DNA of 64,000 nt from Chiloscyllium plagiosum (Eukaryota). Below the pieces are notes generated by a model, which made no database searches, was not told the origin of the DNA, and saw only the letters and a list, made by a program, of their open reading frames with translations. The stretch spans positions 27,420,076 to 27,484,075 of the forward strand of contig NC_057742.1 in the NCBI RefSeq assembly GCF_004010195.1, read 5' to 3'. This document shows, one piece after another, positions 52,041 to 64,000 of this stretch (its first letter is position 1; the number at the start of each line of letters is the position of its first letter). A program made the position numbers and the translations under genes.

Positions 52041-52328
52041 TTGTAGGCTGTTTTCTTAACCTTTACTTCAATGATTGAACTGTGTTTTACGACAGACTAT
52101 CAGACAATGGATGCAGTTGTCATTATATGCTGAATGCCAGTCGACTTTCGGAAATACTCAATACTCTCTGCTGACAAGTGAATGCCCATTATCTGTGAGC
52201 AACACGTCCAAATACCAGATGCTCACAACTTTACAATCATTGGGTAGGGCATTTGGCTAAATTTCAAATATGTTAAAAATAGATGAATGCAACCAAAACA
52301 ATTTGTTAAAATAACACTTTTTCATAAC

Positions 52329-52600
52329 TTAGATTAGATTCCCTACAGTATGGAAACAGGCCATTTGGCTCAACAAGTTTGCACTGACCCTCTGAAGAGT
52401 AACCCACTCAGATCCATTTCCCTTCCCTATATTTACCCCTGACTAATGCACCTAACACTATAGGCAATTCAGCATGGCCAATTCACCTGACCTGCACAGC
52501 TTTGGACTATGGGAGGAAACCCACACAGACAGTCACCTGAGACAGGAATTGAACCTGGATTCCTAGCATCAGTGCTAACCACTGAGTCACCGTGCCACCC
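52329..52600 (-). mobile_element. HE1-type SINE with internal deletions
   Basis: (tagat)n tail and gtgctaaccactgagtcaccgtgccaccc head. Confidence 0.88.
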
Positions 52601-53383
52601 ATTTAGTAACTAGCTTTCTATAAGACACTAAAAATTAGCCTTGCTGAGTGAAAGTAGTCCCTTATTGTAATGCAATGTATAATATGTTAATTTTTAAACT
52701 TCCAGTAATGATGATACAATTTACATTTCATAGCATTTTCATGTTTCAACCACAATGAATGTACCCACTAATGTATTTAATATAGAAGGTGAGCAAAAAT
52801 GACCCACAGTGGATCTTCTGTTACTCATTAATGAGTTGGCTAAGCCAGTATTTATCTATTTACTGATCACTTTAGCAATCAAATGCTGGTGTCACGATTT
52901 TGAGTTTGCAATCTTAGTTCTGGGTCCAGAAGACAATTTTCTTTCTTCATACCATTATGTGAACCTTTTAAATGATAACAATCTCACCAATCGGCTTTTT
53001 TTTAAATTTAGAATGGAAATAAGATATGAAATATATAAAATAGTATATAATGCAAAATGTAAAGTAATCTTTAATCAACCTAAATTTTGCTTAGAAAAAA
53101 AATCTTATGTACATAAATGACCAATGCTAATTAAGTCGGAAGCAAGCAATTAGGTACTGAGTAACCAATCACAATAGTCTTCTGAAGGTAGAGCTTAGCA
53201 CTGGAAGATGTTTGGTACAGATACTGCCTTCTTATGGAGTCTGTTTGTCTGAAGACATTACCTCCATTACAAAGCTCAATAATTGAAATACATTGACACC
53301 ACTTCTCATAAAGTTAAGGCTGCCTCTGAATCAGCTCCTCCCATTACGCTAACCATTTTGATCATTGTTCGAGAAAACAGATG

Positions 53384-53508
53384 TCAGTGTAATTGCATCA
53401 AGGTTTGCTGATGTGGCCAGGAAGCAACCTGTAATCCAGTCTTAAAATATGTTCTCAGCAGCCCTTCAATGAGCTCTGCTGCTTTAGTGGTGTCCGTTAG
53501 TTCATTGT
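53384..53508 (-). CDS. Weak candidate exon
   Basis: Strong acceptor caagtttaatttctccttttag|; the only open frame is NELTDTTKAAELIEGLLRTYFKTGLQVASWPHQQTLMQLH*; no good donor. Confidence 0.25.
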
Positions 53509-54099
53509 CTAAAAGGAGAAATTAAACTTGCAGTTTAGCCCATATCATGGACTCAAGGTTAAAAATAAATATGAAAAGGTGTAAACTGGAAAGTAATAGG
53601 TCAGTGGAAGGAAACTAATGTGGGAAGATTGAGCAAATGACTGGTGGAATTGCTCAAAATCCTTTTATAGCCATTTTAGATGAGTACTGACCAATATATT
53701 AAGAGTTAATCACATGTGGCTAATAGGGAATCAAAACATTATTTCCAGTCAAATCAAAAAATGTGTGATTGGCCATGTGATCTCATTTGTTTTCTATTCA
53801 TTCAGCATTTCTGTGTGTTCTTTAATTGTTATGTACATTTCTTGGTTAAGCTGGTAAGATGAAAAGCAAAGTGTGCATATAGTTTTTTTTATTAGTGTTA
53901 GTGCTCTACTTTTGTGCTTATTCGATGCTGCTGCGTATTTGTTAAGCTTACACATAAAGAGGTGATGTGATTTGTTCTGCAAGTGTATGTGCAGTACTTT
54001 AAAATACAACAGAGCAAGTGGTTAAAATGCTGTCATAGATAAAAATGTACCTAGTTAACAATTGTGCAACACAGATTTACACAATGAATGCATGATTTG

Positions 54100-54560
54100 A
54101 GGTCGAACATTGCTAATGATATATTAAAGGTTGCCGATGAAATCATAAGCTTAGGTATTCAAATATCTAGCTGAGAAAAGGCTGATCATTTCAAAAAGAA
54201 CTCAGACAAATTAAATGAGTTAAATAATGTCAGATGGAGCTCTGGGTATGTGTAAGATGATGCACAATGATTGAGGAAACACAAAACATGTGTACAAAAT
54301 GGATGGGTGCTCAGTGGCTCAGATGAAATAGGAAAACATTTGGGTGTGATTATCAACTATGGACTTAAAGTATTTGGTGAATATGGAGCTGCCATCAGCA
54401 AGGCTAATCAAATAGTAGGAAAGATCTTCAGGGCATTTGATTATAAGTCAAAACAGGTTACTTCAACGTTAGAGAAGTCATTGATGTGGTTGCATTTACC
54501 TTCAACATTATTTTGATGCACTGAGAAAGGATCAGAGTGGAACAACTGAGATGTTGCCAA
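54100..54560 (+). mobile_element. Old CR1 RT fragment
   Basis: gttgccgatga (xADD remnant); LGVIINYGLK...AAISKANQIVG. Confidence 0.7.
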
Positions 54561-55299
54561 GGCACTGCTAATCTGTAAGGTCCATAGCAGGGAATCTATT
54601 TCCATTTTCATTTCATTCTTTTATTCTTAAATTGGTTGAATCCCTTTTAAAGTGTTCTGTTAAAAATGTAGAAGGGCTATGATTCTGATCAAGAGGCTGA
54701 AAAGAGACGCAATTGTAAGATTTTCTTTGAAAGATTTCAGACAGTATCTCAGCATCTCTCTGCCATTAGTAAGGCACATGTATGACTTTAACTCACTCAT
54801 CCTCTCGGGATGAACAATAACTCAATTTCATCCCATTCCCCAAACTTTAGAACTATGTTAATTGTAGTCCTGTGCTAATTCTTGTGTTGTCCGTATGTAA
54901 TATAAGTGAGGTACCTGGATTCTATTCACATGAAGATGTCTAGTGGCTTTATTTACAAATATACTAGTACAGACATTATAGAAAATCACCTGACACAGCC
55001 TTTGTCTAAGGTGCTGTGACGTAGAGAGACCATGGTTCCTGGCCATATAATAACATCGGTTTCCTTGGCTCATCGGTATACTGAGCTCCTTGAATGGATA
55101 TCATTCTTAAAGTGTTGAGTACAGCTTTTTATAGCAGAAGGGTTTGAAATTCTACCAGTAAAACCACAGAAGCCTTAGATATTAGCAAAAATAGCTATAC
55201 AGAAATAGGAATAGTAACATTTCTGAATACAGAAACAGTTTATGAATAAATAAATAAATAAATATAGAAGTCTCAGAGCCTAAGTCACTTTGGTGGTTT

Positions 55300-56800
55300 G
55301 GCTAGTCTTCTGGATTTTGTTCTGGATTAGCCTGTTGGAGATATGGATTTTATCTTTAGCTATTCATGATTTGCAGATGTGTTGCTGGTGTGTTGTATGT
55401 TGCCCTGATGTTCTGTCACACTGTAGTTATCTTCTTGTATTTCCTTGATGTATTCTTTCATGTTGGATGTACGTAGTCGGCCTACTGTGTGTCTTCCTTT
55501 AACTGGCTTTTGTTCCTCCTCAGTGTTACTCTGCTGGATGTTGTGAGTTCATAAAACCAGGACTCCCTGTACACTTTGGATATTTCTGTGGTAAACAATG
55601 TTCCCATTATAGATTGTGTGACCTTGACCTTCTGTCAAACATGTATTTGAGATTGTTATGTACCTCCATGCCAGTCATACATCACCTTCAACCTTCTGTG
55701 TTTTTCAAAACATGTCTCCTGCACCTTAGAGAATTTAGATGGATGGTGGCTTGGCAAAGTCATTCTCACTTACTCTTTAGGTTTGATCTCTACTGGCAAT
55801 GGTAATCCCACATCCAGAGGTGTAGCTCTAAGGTGGGACATGGCAACACATAAACCTTGTTGCATTGTCCTATACATCATGAGAAATGATGAATTGCTGC
55901 TCATTGTCAAAACGTTTTTCTTCAGGGCCACCAAAAAGTCTGGATAAGGCACTCAATATGTCTGTCACCAATATGTTTGAAGTGCTTATTGTCTGTCTGA
56001 CAATTGAAAATTTGTAGAATTAATCAGTGACTACAATAATTTTATCAGCATTTATGGTAAGTAAGTCAATGGCAGATTAAGAAGCTGGCAGAATATTGTG
56101 AGGTTGCAGAGCCTCTTAACACTGCTGTGGATAATAACTTTGGCAGGCCTTGCATACCCTTGCTAACATTTGGATGTTAATGATGATCTGTAGCCACTAC
56201 ATCATGTCATGTGCCAATCATTTTACCCACTTTGTGCCCATAAATCCTTGTGAAAGATATATCCTAATGGAGCCTTTTGACCACAAATACTTGATTTACT
56301 TTGAAAACTATGCGTTTTGAGATATTGAGCTCACCTCCGGGAGACCATCTATTAATGTCTGGCACCTCTTTTATCATATCAGACCTCCCTTCAAAGTTAT
56401 CCAATGATAGTGCTGTCAGTTGAAGCAAATTATTATTAGTAGTAGCTTCTGATTGAAATTGGTCACACTTACGCTGACTCGAATGCAATATGGACAATGT
56501 CTTCCATTTTGATGTCCATGCTGTCTATGTGTAGATCCAATGGACGGTCTGCAACATTGTTTGGATTTGGTAACCTGCTCAACCTATCTGAGGTGGCCAG
56601 GTTTGTAGCAGATGTATACTATGCAGGAATGTTTCAACAAGCCTATTATTAATGGGTACACCACAAACCTGGCTTCAGCAGGGTTTCTGCTAAGTTTCTT
56701 TATGGTTTCACTTTGTATTTTTCCTCTGTGCACTCCTTGCGCACCTTTTGCATTGTATTCAGTGTTCTTTTCCTAATTTTGATGTAAAACATGTTTCAGG
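55300..56800 (-). mobile_element. Decayed Ty3/Gypsy pol relic (RNase H end, linker, integrase)
   Basis: In order on the minus strand: ICYKPG..DRLSRLPNP; IKEVPDINRWSPGGELNISKRIVFK; CKACQSYYPQQC*EALQPHNI (HHCC); IDLLTINADKIIVVTD*F; HLRATPLDVGLPLPVEI; YELTTSSRVTLRRNKSQL. Confidence 0.85.
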
Positions 56801-57384
56801 AATGTTCTGTTGACTCGACATATTTTCTGATTGCAGCCTGCTCTCTTCTTTCTCCGTTTGAATATTGATGCGCTTTTTCTTATTTACAGCTGTGCCTGTT
56901 GTTCCTTTATATTAAAATAGACTTTAGAGTCAGCTGACTGCCTGCCTGGCTTTATCCAGCTCAAAGTTACTCACAGTTTGTGAAGAAAATCTTATTCCCT
57001 TCCCTTTATTTATTTCATTCTATTTTCTGTTTGTTAGGAATTTCTAGATTGCTCTTGTATCTTGTTTACTGCTGGTCTTCAAGTCTGTATCATTGCCTTC
57101 CTTATTCTTTCTTTATAATCATCACTGCCCAGCAGATAGTCATTTCTTGTGCTACCTGCATGTATATGAATGAGATACTTGAATTCCTTTTAATGTGAAG
57201 ATCTTAAAAGGGCATCATTCTTAAAATCATAATACGTAGTGCAAGCATGATTGCTATGGTTACAAGCAGCTGGCTGAAAAAAACGAGAACCTGGGACAAT
57301 TGCTGATCTTTATGGCTAAGTCATTGTTTGACAAAGGTAAGTAAAAAGCACCACTGCACAATCTGATTAACAATCGTACCTCGA

Positions 57385-57830
57385 CTTCCCGAGTTGTGTC
57401 ATGAGGAGAGATTATACAAACGAGGCCTGTTATCTCCAGAAGTTTGAAGGTTAAGGGGTAATCTAATGGACGGCTTCAGATATTAATAGGAAAAGACAGG
57501 GTAGATAAAGATAAACTATTTCCACTGGTTGGAGATTCTGGAACCATGGGCCATAGTCTGAGAACAAGGGCTAGGCCAGTCAAGAGAGATGTTGGGAAGC
57601 ATTTCTACACACAAAGGATGGTAGAGATTTGGAACTCTCTTCCACATACGGCAGTGGATGCTGGATCAGTTGATAGTTTTAAATCTGAGAAAGCTAAATT
57701 TTGGGGTAAGCAAAGATATTAAGGGATATGGGTCAAAGGCAGGTACATGAAATTAGGTTTCAGATCAGCCATGAACTCACTAGCTGGAGAATAAGATTGG
57801 AGGGGCTAGGTGGCCTACTTCTGTCTATAT
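57385..57830 (+). mobile_element. CR1 LINE 3' fragment
   Basis: ttctacacacaaaggatggtagagatttggaactctctt; tail ggaggggctaggtggcctacttctg. Confidence 0.85.
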
Positions 57831-58814
57831 AGTCCAATAAAGAGTGATGATTTATGGAGCATCATCAAATGATTTTGCTGTAAGTGTGACATTGTGTATC
57901 CATTTCATGTTCAATTTGAATATATTATTGAGATAATCACAACAGACTACTTCCAGTTTCATCCACTGCTGTGTACTGTGATCAAGGTAAGTCCCTGGGC
58001 AAACATTACCTTCTTTTGACTACCTATTCAGTTTGAATAACTGCTCTGTTCATGTTAGACTTCATCTTACCATTTTGTCATTTGAATCAAATCCTAACTC
58101 AAAACAGTGTCATTCCAAAATGGAGTTTGGGACAGGAAAATTTTGATTTATCCAGCTGCATGGTCTCAGAGCAGCTTATAATATTCAGGTCATAATTAAC
58201 TGCAAGAGCATCTTCTGCGTGACAATTAGGCCCCGATTCTCATGAAGTTGTGATGGCTCCAGAGACCTTGGTTAATGGTGTGTGGGACATTTTCGCCCAC
58301 ATATCCAGCTGGTACTTTTATCGCCAGGAGGGAAACGGGGGCGTAATGTGAATCACGCAGCTGAGAAACCTGAACTCAGCAGGACTATTTAGAAATAGCG
58401 CTGGGTCTAAATAGACTCCCTTTTACTCTGGTCTAAAGGGCTTAGCCTGGAGTTATGGGATCATAGATTTATGCAGGAGATCTGGCACTCTTGAAGGGCA
58501 GACAATGTCTATTTAAGTGTCATGATCTGAAGTTATTTAAATGCCTAGCGCTTTGAAACTGAAAAGAAAACCTAAACTCTGTCTATCAGTCAGAGCAAGA
58601 CAAAAGATTTTGATTGACAAGACATCCAGTTTAGCTTAGAAAAAACAATCTGTTGCTGCAGTTTCAATAGAGTTCATTGTTAATGTTTTCCAAGGGCTAT
58701 AATATCAGCAGAATCCATTATAAATGTTTGGTAGAGTTTCAAAACATCCAAAGATACTTAGCTTGCCACAGGACTGAACTCACATTTTATTGATAGGTGA
58801 ATGGCAATGGTGCA

Positions 58815-60213
58815 AAATGTACTCTGGGTGGGGGATATCAATGTCCACCATCAAGAGTGGCTCGGCAGCAGCATTACTGATCAAGCTGGTTGAGTCCTAA
58901 AGGATGTAACTGCTAGACAGGGCCTGCAGAAGGTGATAAGCAAACCAACAAGAGGAAAACACATACTTGACCTCATCCTTACTAACCTGCTGGCTGCAGA
59001 AGCATCTGTCCATGACTGTATCGGTAAAAGTGGCCACCGCACTGTCCTAGTGGAGACAAAGTCCCGCCTTCACATTGAGAATAACCTCCATAGTGTTATT
59101 CACCGTGCTAAATGGGACAGACTTCAAACTGATCTAGCAGCTCAAGACTGGGCTTCCATAAGGCACTAGGTAAAAACAATGACTGCAGGTGCTGGAAACC
59201 AGAGTCTAGATTAGAGTGGTGCTGGAAAAGCACAGCAGTTCAGGCAACATCCGAGGAGCAGTAAAATCGACGTTTCGGGCAAAAGCCATTCATCAGGAAT
59301 ACTTCCATAAGGCGCTGTGGGCCATCAACAGCAGCAGAACTATACTCCAGCACAATCTGTAACCTCATGGCCTGGCATATCCCCCACTCAACCATTACCA
59401 TCAAGCCAGGGGATCAACCCTGGTTCAATGGAGCCAGGGGATCAACCCTGGTTCAAACTGGGCGTCACTGAGCAGGTTGTTGCTGAGCAGGTGCTGCTTG
59501 ATAGCACTTTTGATGCTCTCTTCCATCACTATACTAATGATGCAGAGTAGACTGATTGGGCAGTAATCGGCTGGGTTGGATTTGTCCTGCTTTTTGTGTA
59601 CAGGACATACCTGTAAAATCTTCCAAATTGTCGGATAGATGCCAATGTTGTAACTGTACTGGAAGAGCTTGGCTAGGGGAATGGCAAGTTCTGGAGCACA
59701 AGTCTTCAGTACTATTGCTGGAATGTTATCAGGCCCCATTGCCTTTGCAGTAACCAGTGCCTCCAGCCATTTCTTGATATCACGTGGAGTGAACCCAGTT
59801 GGCTGGAGACTGGTATCTGTGAAGCTGGGGACCACTGGAGGAGCCTGAGATGGATCATCCACTCGGCACTTCCGACTAAAGATTGTTGCAAATGCATCAG
59901 CCTTACCTTTTGCACTGATGTGCTGGGCTCCTCCATCATTGAGGATGGGGATACTTGTAGAGCCTCCTCCTCCAATGAGTTGTTTAATTGTCCACCACCA
60001 TTCACGACTGGGTGTAGAAGGACTGCAGAGCTTAGATCTGATCTGTTGGCTGTGGGATCGCTTAGCTCTGTCTATCACTTGCTGTTTATGCTGTTTGGCA
60101 CACAAGTAGGTGCTGTTCCAGCAATAAAGTTTCAGCTTGGCACACAAGTAGTCATGTTTGGTAGCTTCACCACATTGACACATTATTTTTAGGTATGCCT
60201 GATGCTGCTCCTG
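58815..60213. mobile_element. Rearranged LINE family B: endonuclease part on + (58815-59456), downstream part inverted (59457-60213)
   Basis: + strand WVGDINVHHQEW...PTRGKHILDLILTN...SGHRTV (APE); - strand ORF 59425-60183 AMGPDNIPAIVLKTCAPEL...YCPISLL...SDAQF. Confidence 0.9.
59168..59301 (-). mobile_element. 134-bp family 1 monomer with hammerhead core, inserted in the LINE
   Basis: Minus strand starts tattcCTGATGAatggcttttgcccGAAAcgtcgat; TSD cttccataaggc(a/g)ct at 59153-59167 and 59302-59316. Confidence 0.9.
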
Positions 60214-60689
60214 TTTCTAGTGTGATAGAGGAAAACAACTTGTAGTCTTAAAGGAAGAAATTTGTTTTAAACAATATGGAGTTTATTGAGTTCTGAAGAA
60301 GGGTCACTGAACCCAAAACATTAAATTCTGCTTACTCTCCACTGATGGTGCTGCTTTTTCAACAATTTCTGTTTTTGTTTGTAGTTCATTGCATGATAAG
60401 AACTATATACAAGTTGCACTTTTGTGTCAGATGTTGTGACAGAGACTATGAGGAAGACCAGGAGCAGCATCAGGCATACCTACTCCAATGACGGCTTGGC
60501 AGAGAAAGGCTTAGGATCTCTAGGAAGTAAGTCCTACAAACTGAATCTTCCTCATCAGTGGAGAGTAAGCAGAATTTAATGTTTTGGGTTCAGTGACCCT
60601 TCTTCAGAACTCAATAAACTCCACATTGTTTAAAACAAATTTCTTCCTTTAAGACTACAAGTTGTTTTCCTCTATCACACTAGAAACAG
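60211..60689. repeat. 137-bp inverted duplication (60211-60347 vs 60553-60689)
   Basis: Direct comparison shows one mismatch; includes a family 3 core ctgaagaagggtcactgaacccaaaacatt. Confidence 0.95.
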
Positions 60690-61249
60690 CAAACTCCATA
60701 ACCTGAAAAAGGCTGGTAACAGTAAATCGACTTTGCAGCGAGTAACAGTACAGACAGCCTATGTAATAGAAAGAAGCAAAACAATAATAAAAGCAAAAAA
60801 CTGCTGCATGCAACAGGTTGGTTTTATGATGATTGCAATCCACTCAACTCAGCAGAAGCGAGTTTAAAGGCTTTGACTGGTAACCCTGCACGTGCCAGAA
60901 GAAACTTCCAGAATTTCACAGGCACCAAGTCATTGACTACTGAACAGATACTCCCTAGAAACAGAAGATTACTTCAGGAATGGCCAGATAGCAACCAATG
61001 ACAACAAGCATGAATGCCTTTAGAACACCTTCACTATTTTTCGATTATATATGCAGTGCATGGGCAGTGACAGATGAAACTGAGACAGACTAGAATAAAC
61101 AGTTTATATTCTTGAATGATTATGCTCCTTGTTAACCGTGTGTATTGGGTAACTTAAAACTACAATTGATGGTGCATGCATTTTGTATGAAAGGAAAGAT
61201 ATTTGCGGAAGAACATTCATATATTGTACAAAAGACGCTTGCCATAGTC

Positions 61250-62500
61250 ATCCAACTTGCTTTTCTTTCAAAATAGTAGTTGTTAAAACACATTGATTGA
61301 AACAATTCCCCATCCCTCAACTACGTTTGTACCCAAACATCTATCAATCTCTGACTTGATAATATTGAATAATTGAACACTGATAACCTCATAAGGTAAA
61401 GATTCACAAAACTCTGAAAGAAATTGTTCCACTTCTCAGTAGCAAACAGGTGATCTCTTATCCTGAAAGAATGATTCCCAACACGCTCAGCTCTCAGCAC
61501 TGCAAGAACTATTTGCATTTTAAACAGATCATTTGTCATTGTAAACCAAAGAGAATATGGACTTATTATGCATAATCTTTGATTATGGTTCTCTCATCGC
61601 CAGAATCAACCTAATAAACCTTCACTGTAAGACAAGCATATGCTTCCTGAGACAAAAAGACCAAAATTGGACACAGTACTCCAGACCTCAGCTAACTATA
61701 ATAAATATAATTGCAACAAGATGTCTTCACTTCTGCACTCCAAACTCATTGCAATGATGGCTGAAATCCTACTTGTCAATTCTTGCTTGCTATGTCTACA
61801 TGTTAGCTTTCTGTGACCAATGTACATAGTCAGCCAAATCTCTTTGAATACCAACATTTCCTAATCCCATGCCTTTAAAAACATTCTGTTGATTGTTTAT
61901 TCTTCCTGCCAAAGCAAAAACCTCATGCTTTCCTAAATTATACGTCCTCTGCTATCTTTTTGTCCAATTACATTTCCTGTCCATATCCCTCATAATAGCC
62001 TTACAAAATCCTTACTATTTGCTGCCACTCTGGAGATAAGTTAGCTCAATTATCTGGATGGCTGGGTTGTGGTGCTAACAGCATCGGTTCAATTCCTGCA
62101 CTAGCTGTGGTTATCATGAAGGACTTTCCTTGTCAATCTCTCTCCTTGCCTAAGGTGTGTTGGTCCTCAAGAGAAGCCACAAGCAGTTCTGTCTCTATAA
62201 TAAGAGAGTATGACTTTGCTTTTGCTACTTAATATCCCTTCATATTGCCAGCAAAAGTGGATGTATCACACTTCATCAAAGTGATTAGCGTAAATTTTAA
62301 GAAACTGATGTCCAAGCATTTGAGTTTCTGCTACCTATTTCTTCTCTCTGTTTTCTGTCTGTTTATGAATCATCATAATTTATATGATTAGTTTATTATC
62401 CATAATCTCATGAATCAGAACCTTATGGAACAACACCCAGTATAATACCTTATCAACTTCAAACATCCAAATACACTACATTCACTGTTTCCTCCTTGTC
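61250..62500 (-). mobile_element. Old CR1 LINE fragment
   Basis: agaccaaaattggacacagtactccag and other CR1 blocks; interrupted by a SINE. Confidence 0.7.
62030..62215 (+). mobile_element. tRNA-type SINE, same family as 8893-9092
   Basis: A-box-like gttagctcaattat, B box cggttcaattcc, shared core tcatgaaggactttccttgtcaatctctctccttgcct. Confidence 0.65.
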
Positions 62501-63005
62501 TACTCTGCAAGCTGCACTCTGAAAAAAAGATTTAAAATTTCTCAAACATTGTAAAACTGTGTTGACTCTGCTTAAGAACGCTGTGAGTTTCCAAATTTTA
62601 TCTTACCACATCCTTAATTTTGTTTGTTTATGCTCTTGTGAAGCACTTTGGGATGTTTCACTGTATTAAAGATGCTATATGAATGTCATTATACTGTTTA
62701 TGTTGTTGGAAGGCAGCAACAATGATTTTATAGAGTTAGCATTTCTAACGTCATCAAGTATTACTTAGTTGCTGTTCAGACTTTGACAAATCACCCCCCC
62801 CCCTCCAAAAATCCTCTGTTTCATTTTCAAAGAGAAACCAAGATGCTAAACCAATGAACAAAAATCTACTGAGGTATCTGTGCTGTATGCATACTTAGAG
62901 AAGGCTCTTTGTTTTTATTGAAACAAGGCTTTTTGTTGACTCACTTCTGTCGAAAAAGCAGCTGGCATTTTGTTTAACTTGAAACTATCCTCATCACTGG
63001 CAGTC

Positions 63006-63217
63006 AATAGACAATAGACAATAGACAATAGGTGCAGGAGTAGGCCATTCAGCCCTTCGAGCCTGCACCGCTATTCAATATAATCATGGCTGATCATTCC
63101 TAATCAGTATTCTGTTCCTGCCTTATCTCCATAACCCTTGATTCCACTATCTTTGAGAGCTCTATCCAACTCCTTCTTAAATGAATCCAGAGAGTGGGCC
63201 TCCACTGCCCTCTGGGC
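63006..63217 (-). mobile_element. Young 5'-truncated CR1 tail
   Basis: (caataga)n tail; nearly identical to 47087-47266. Confidence 0.92.
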
Positions 63218-64000
63218 ATGAAGATTAATCAAGGGAGCATTTTTATGGCTTTTTAAATCTTTATCTGTTTCAAAAATGTAATTCAACAATGCCCCTTGTA
63301 TGAAACTATGAATAGAGCGGCTCCATATGATATCCAAATTCTGTTTAACCTTTGGCTTTGACTTGCTTGAGGCCAATCGTACTTCCTGTCAAGGTGCCAA
63401 AGGGTGAATTAAATCATCAATTAAGGGCGAGCTGGAGGGAGCAGAACAACTTAGTTGATTCCGTTAGTGACAAGCACAGAAGGCAAAGCTCATCATTTTG
63501 TCCATGAAACAGCTCCAGCCGTTTGTGCACTAAGAATAATAAAATACTGCAATGTACAAAAGAGCGTTAAAAACCAGTAATTGGCTCTCAAGAGGTCAGG
63601 GACGAGCATGGGAAATAAAGCTGAACAGTTTTGGAATTAATTCATCTTCGATTATACAGTTCCCCAACACATTATTCTATTTACTCCAAGGCACCTTGAG
63701 TGGTGGTTAGGTGAACTTTTGGCTGAAAAACAAATGTCAAGTCTAATTGTGATTTAAATAGTTAAGCATCCTCACCTCATTAATGCCAAAATTACTTTTG
63801 ACCTTGATACATACTAATTGACGTTTGTGATTCTTTCCAGAATGGGAGAGAATTCTGCTTTCTGCACTGAGGGTGGAAATAAACATTTTCTGTCTGTGTT
63901 TCTGTTCTATTGTCAACTATTATAGTCATTGCATTTTATGCATATTTTTGCTTTCCGAATAATGTTTCAGCAACTTCCACTCCATGAAATAGATCCAACC

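Noticed and set aside
59425-60183. 252-aa ORF as a host gene
   Set aside because: It is LINE ORF2 sequence between the endonuclease and RT, cut by the inversion.

Overview
Repeat-rich vertebrate genomic DNA with one assembly gap (5949-6530). The HE1-type tRNA SINEs, Deu-domain SINE and CR1 LINE tails point to a shark or other elasmobranch. Most recognisable content is decayed transposable elements: CR1 LINEs, a second APE/RT LINE family, L2 and RTE fragments, SINEs, a Gypsy pol relic, Harbinger-type Myb/SANT relics, a pogo/Tigger-like MITE, solo-LTR-like segments and two minisatellites. I recognise no host gene. A few minus-strand exon candidates (3194-3302, 22042-22111, 24524-24749, 53384-53508) suggest the window may be mostly intron plus a 3' end. 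The most notable signal is a Penelope-like (PLE) system: one RT + GIY-YIG element with inverted terminal repeats (26933-28354) and about ten short non-coding elements in three sequence families. These carry minimal hammerhead-ribozyme cores, often as head-to-head inverted dimers, and six are bounded by 9-15 bp target-site duplications. A complex rearrangement at 59400-60690 looks like a staggered-break inversion with inverted duplications at both breakpoints. All calls are by eye. Repeat boundaries are approximate unless a TSD or TIR is quoted.
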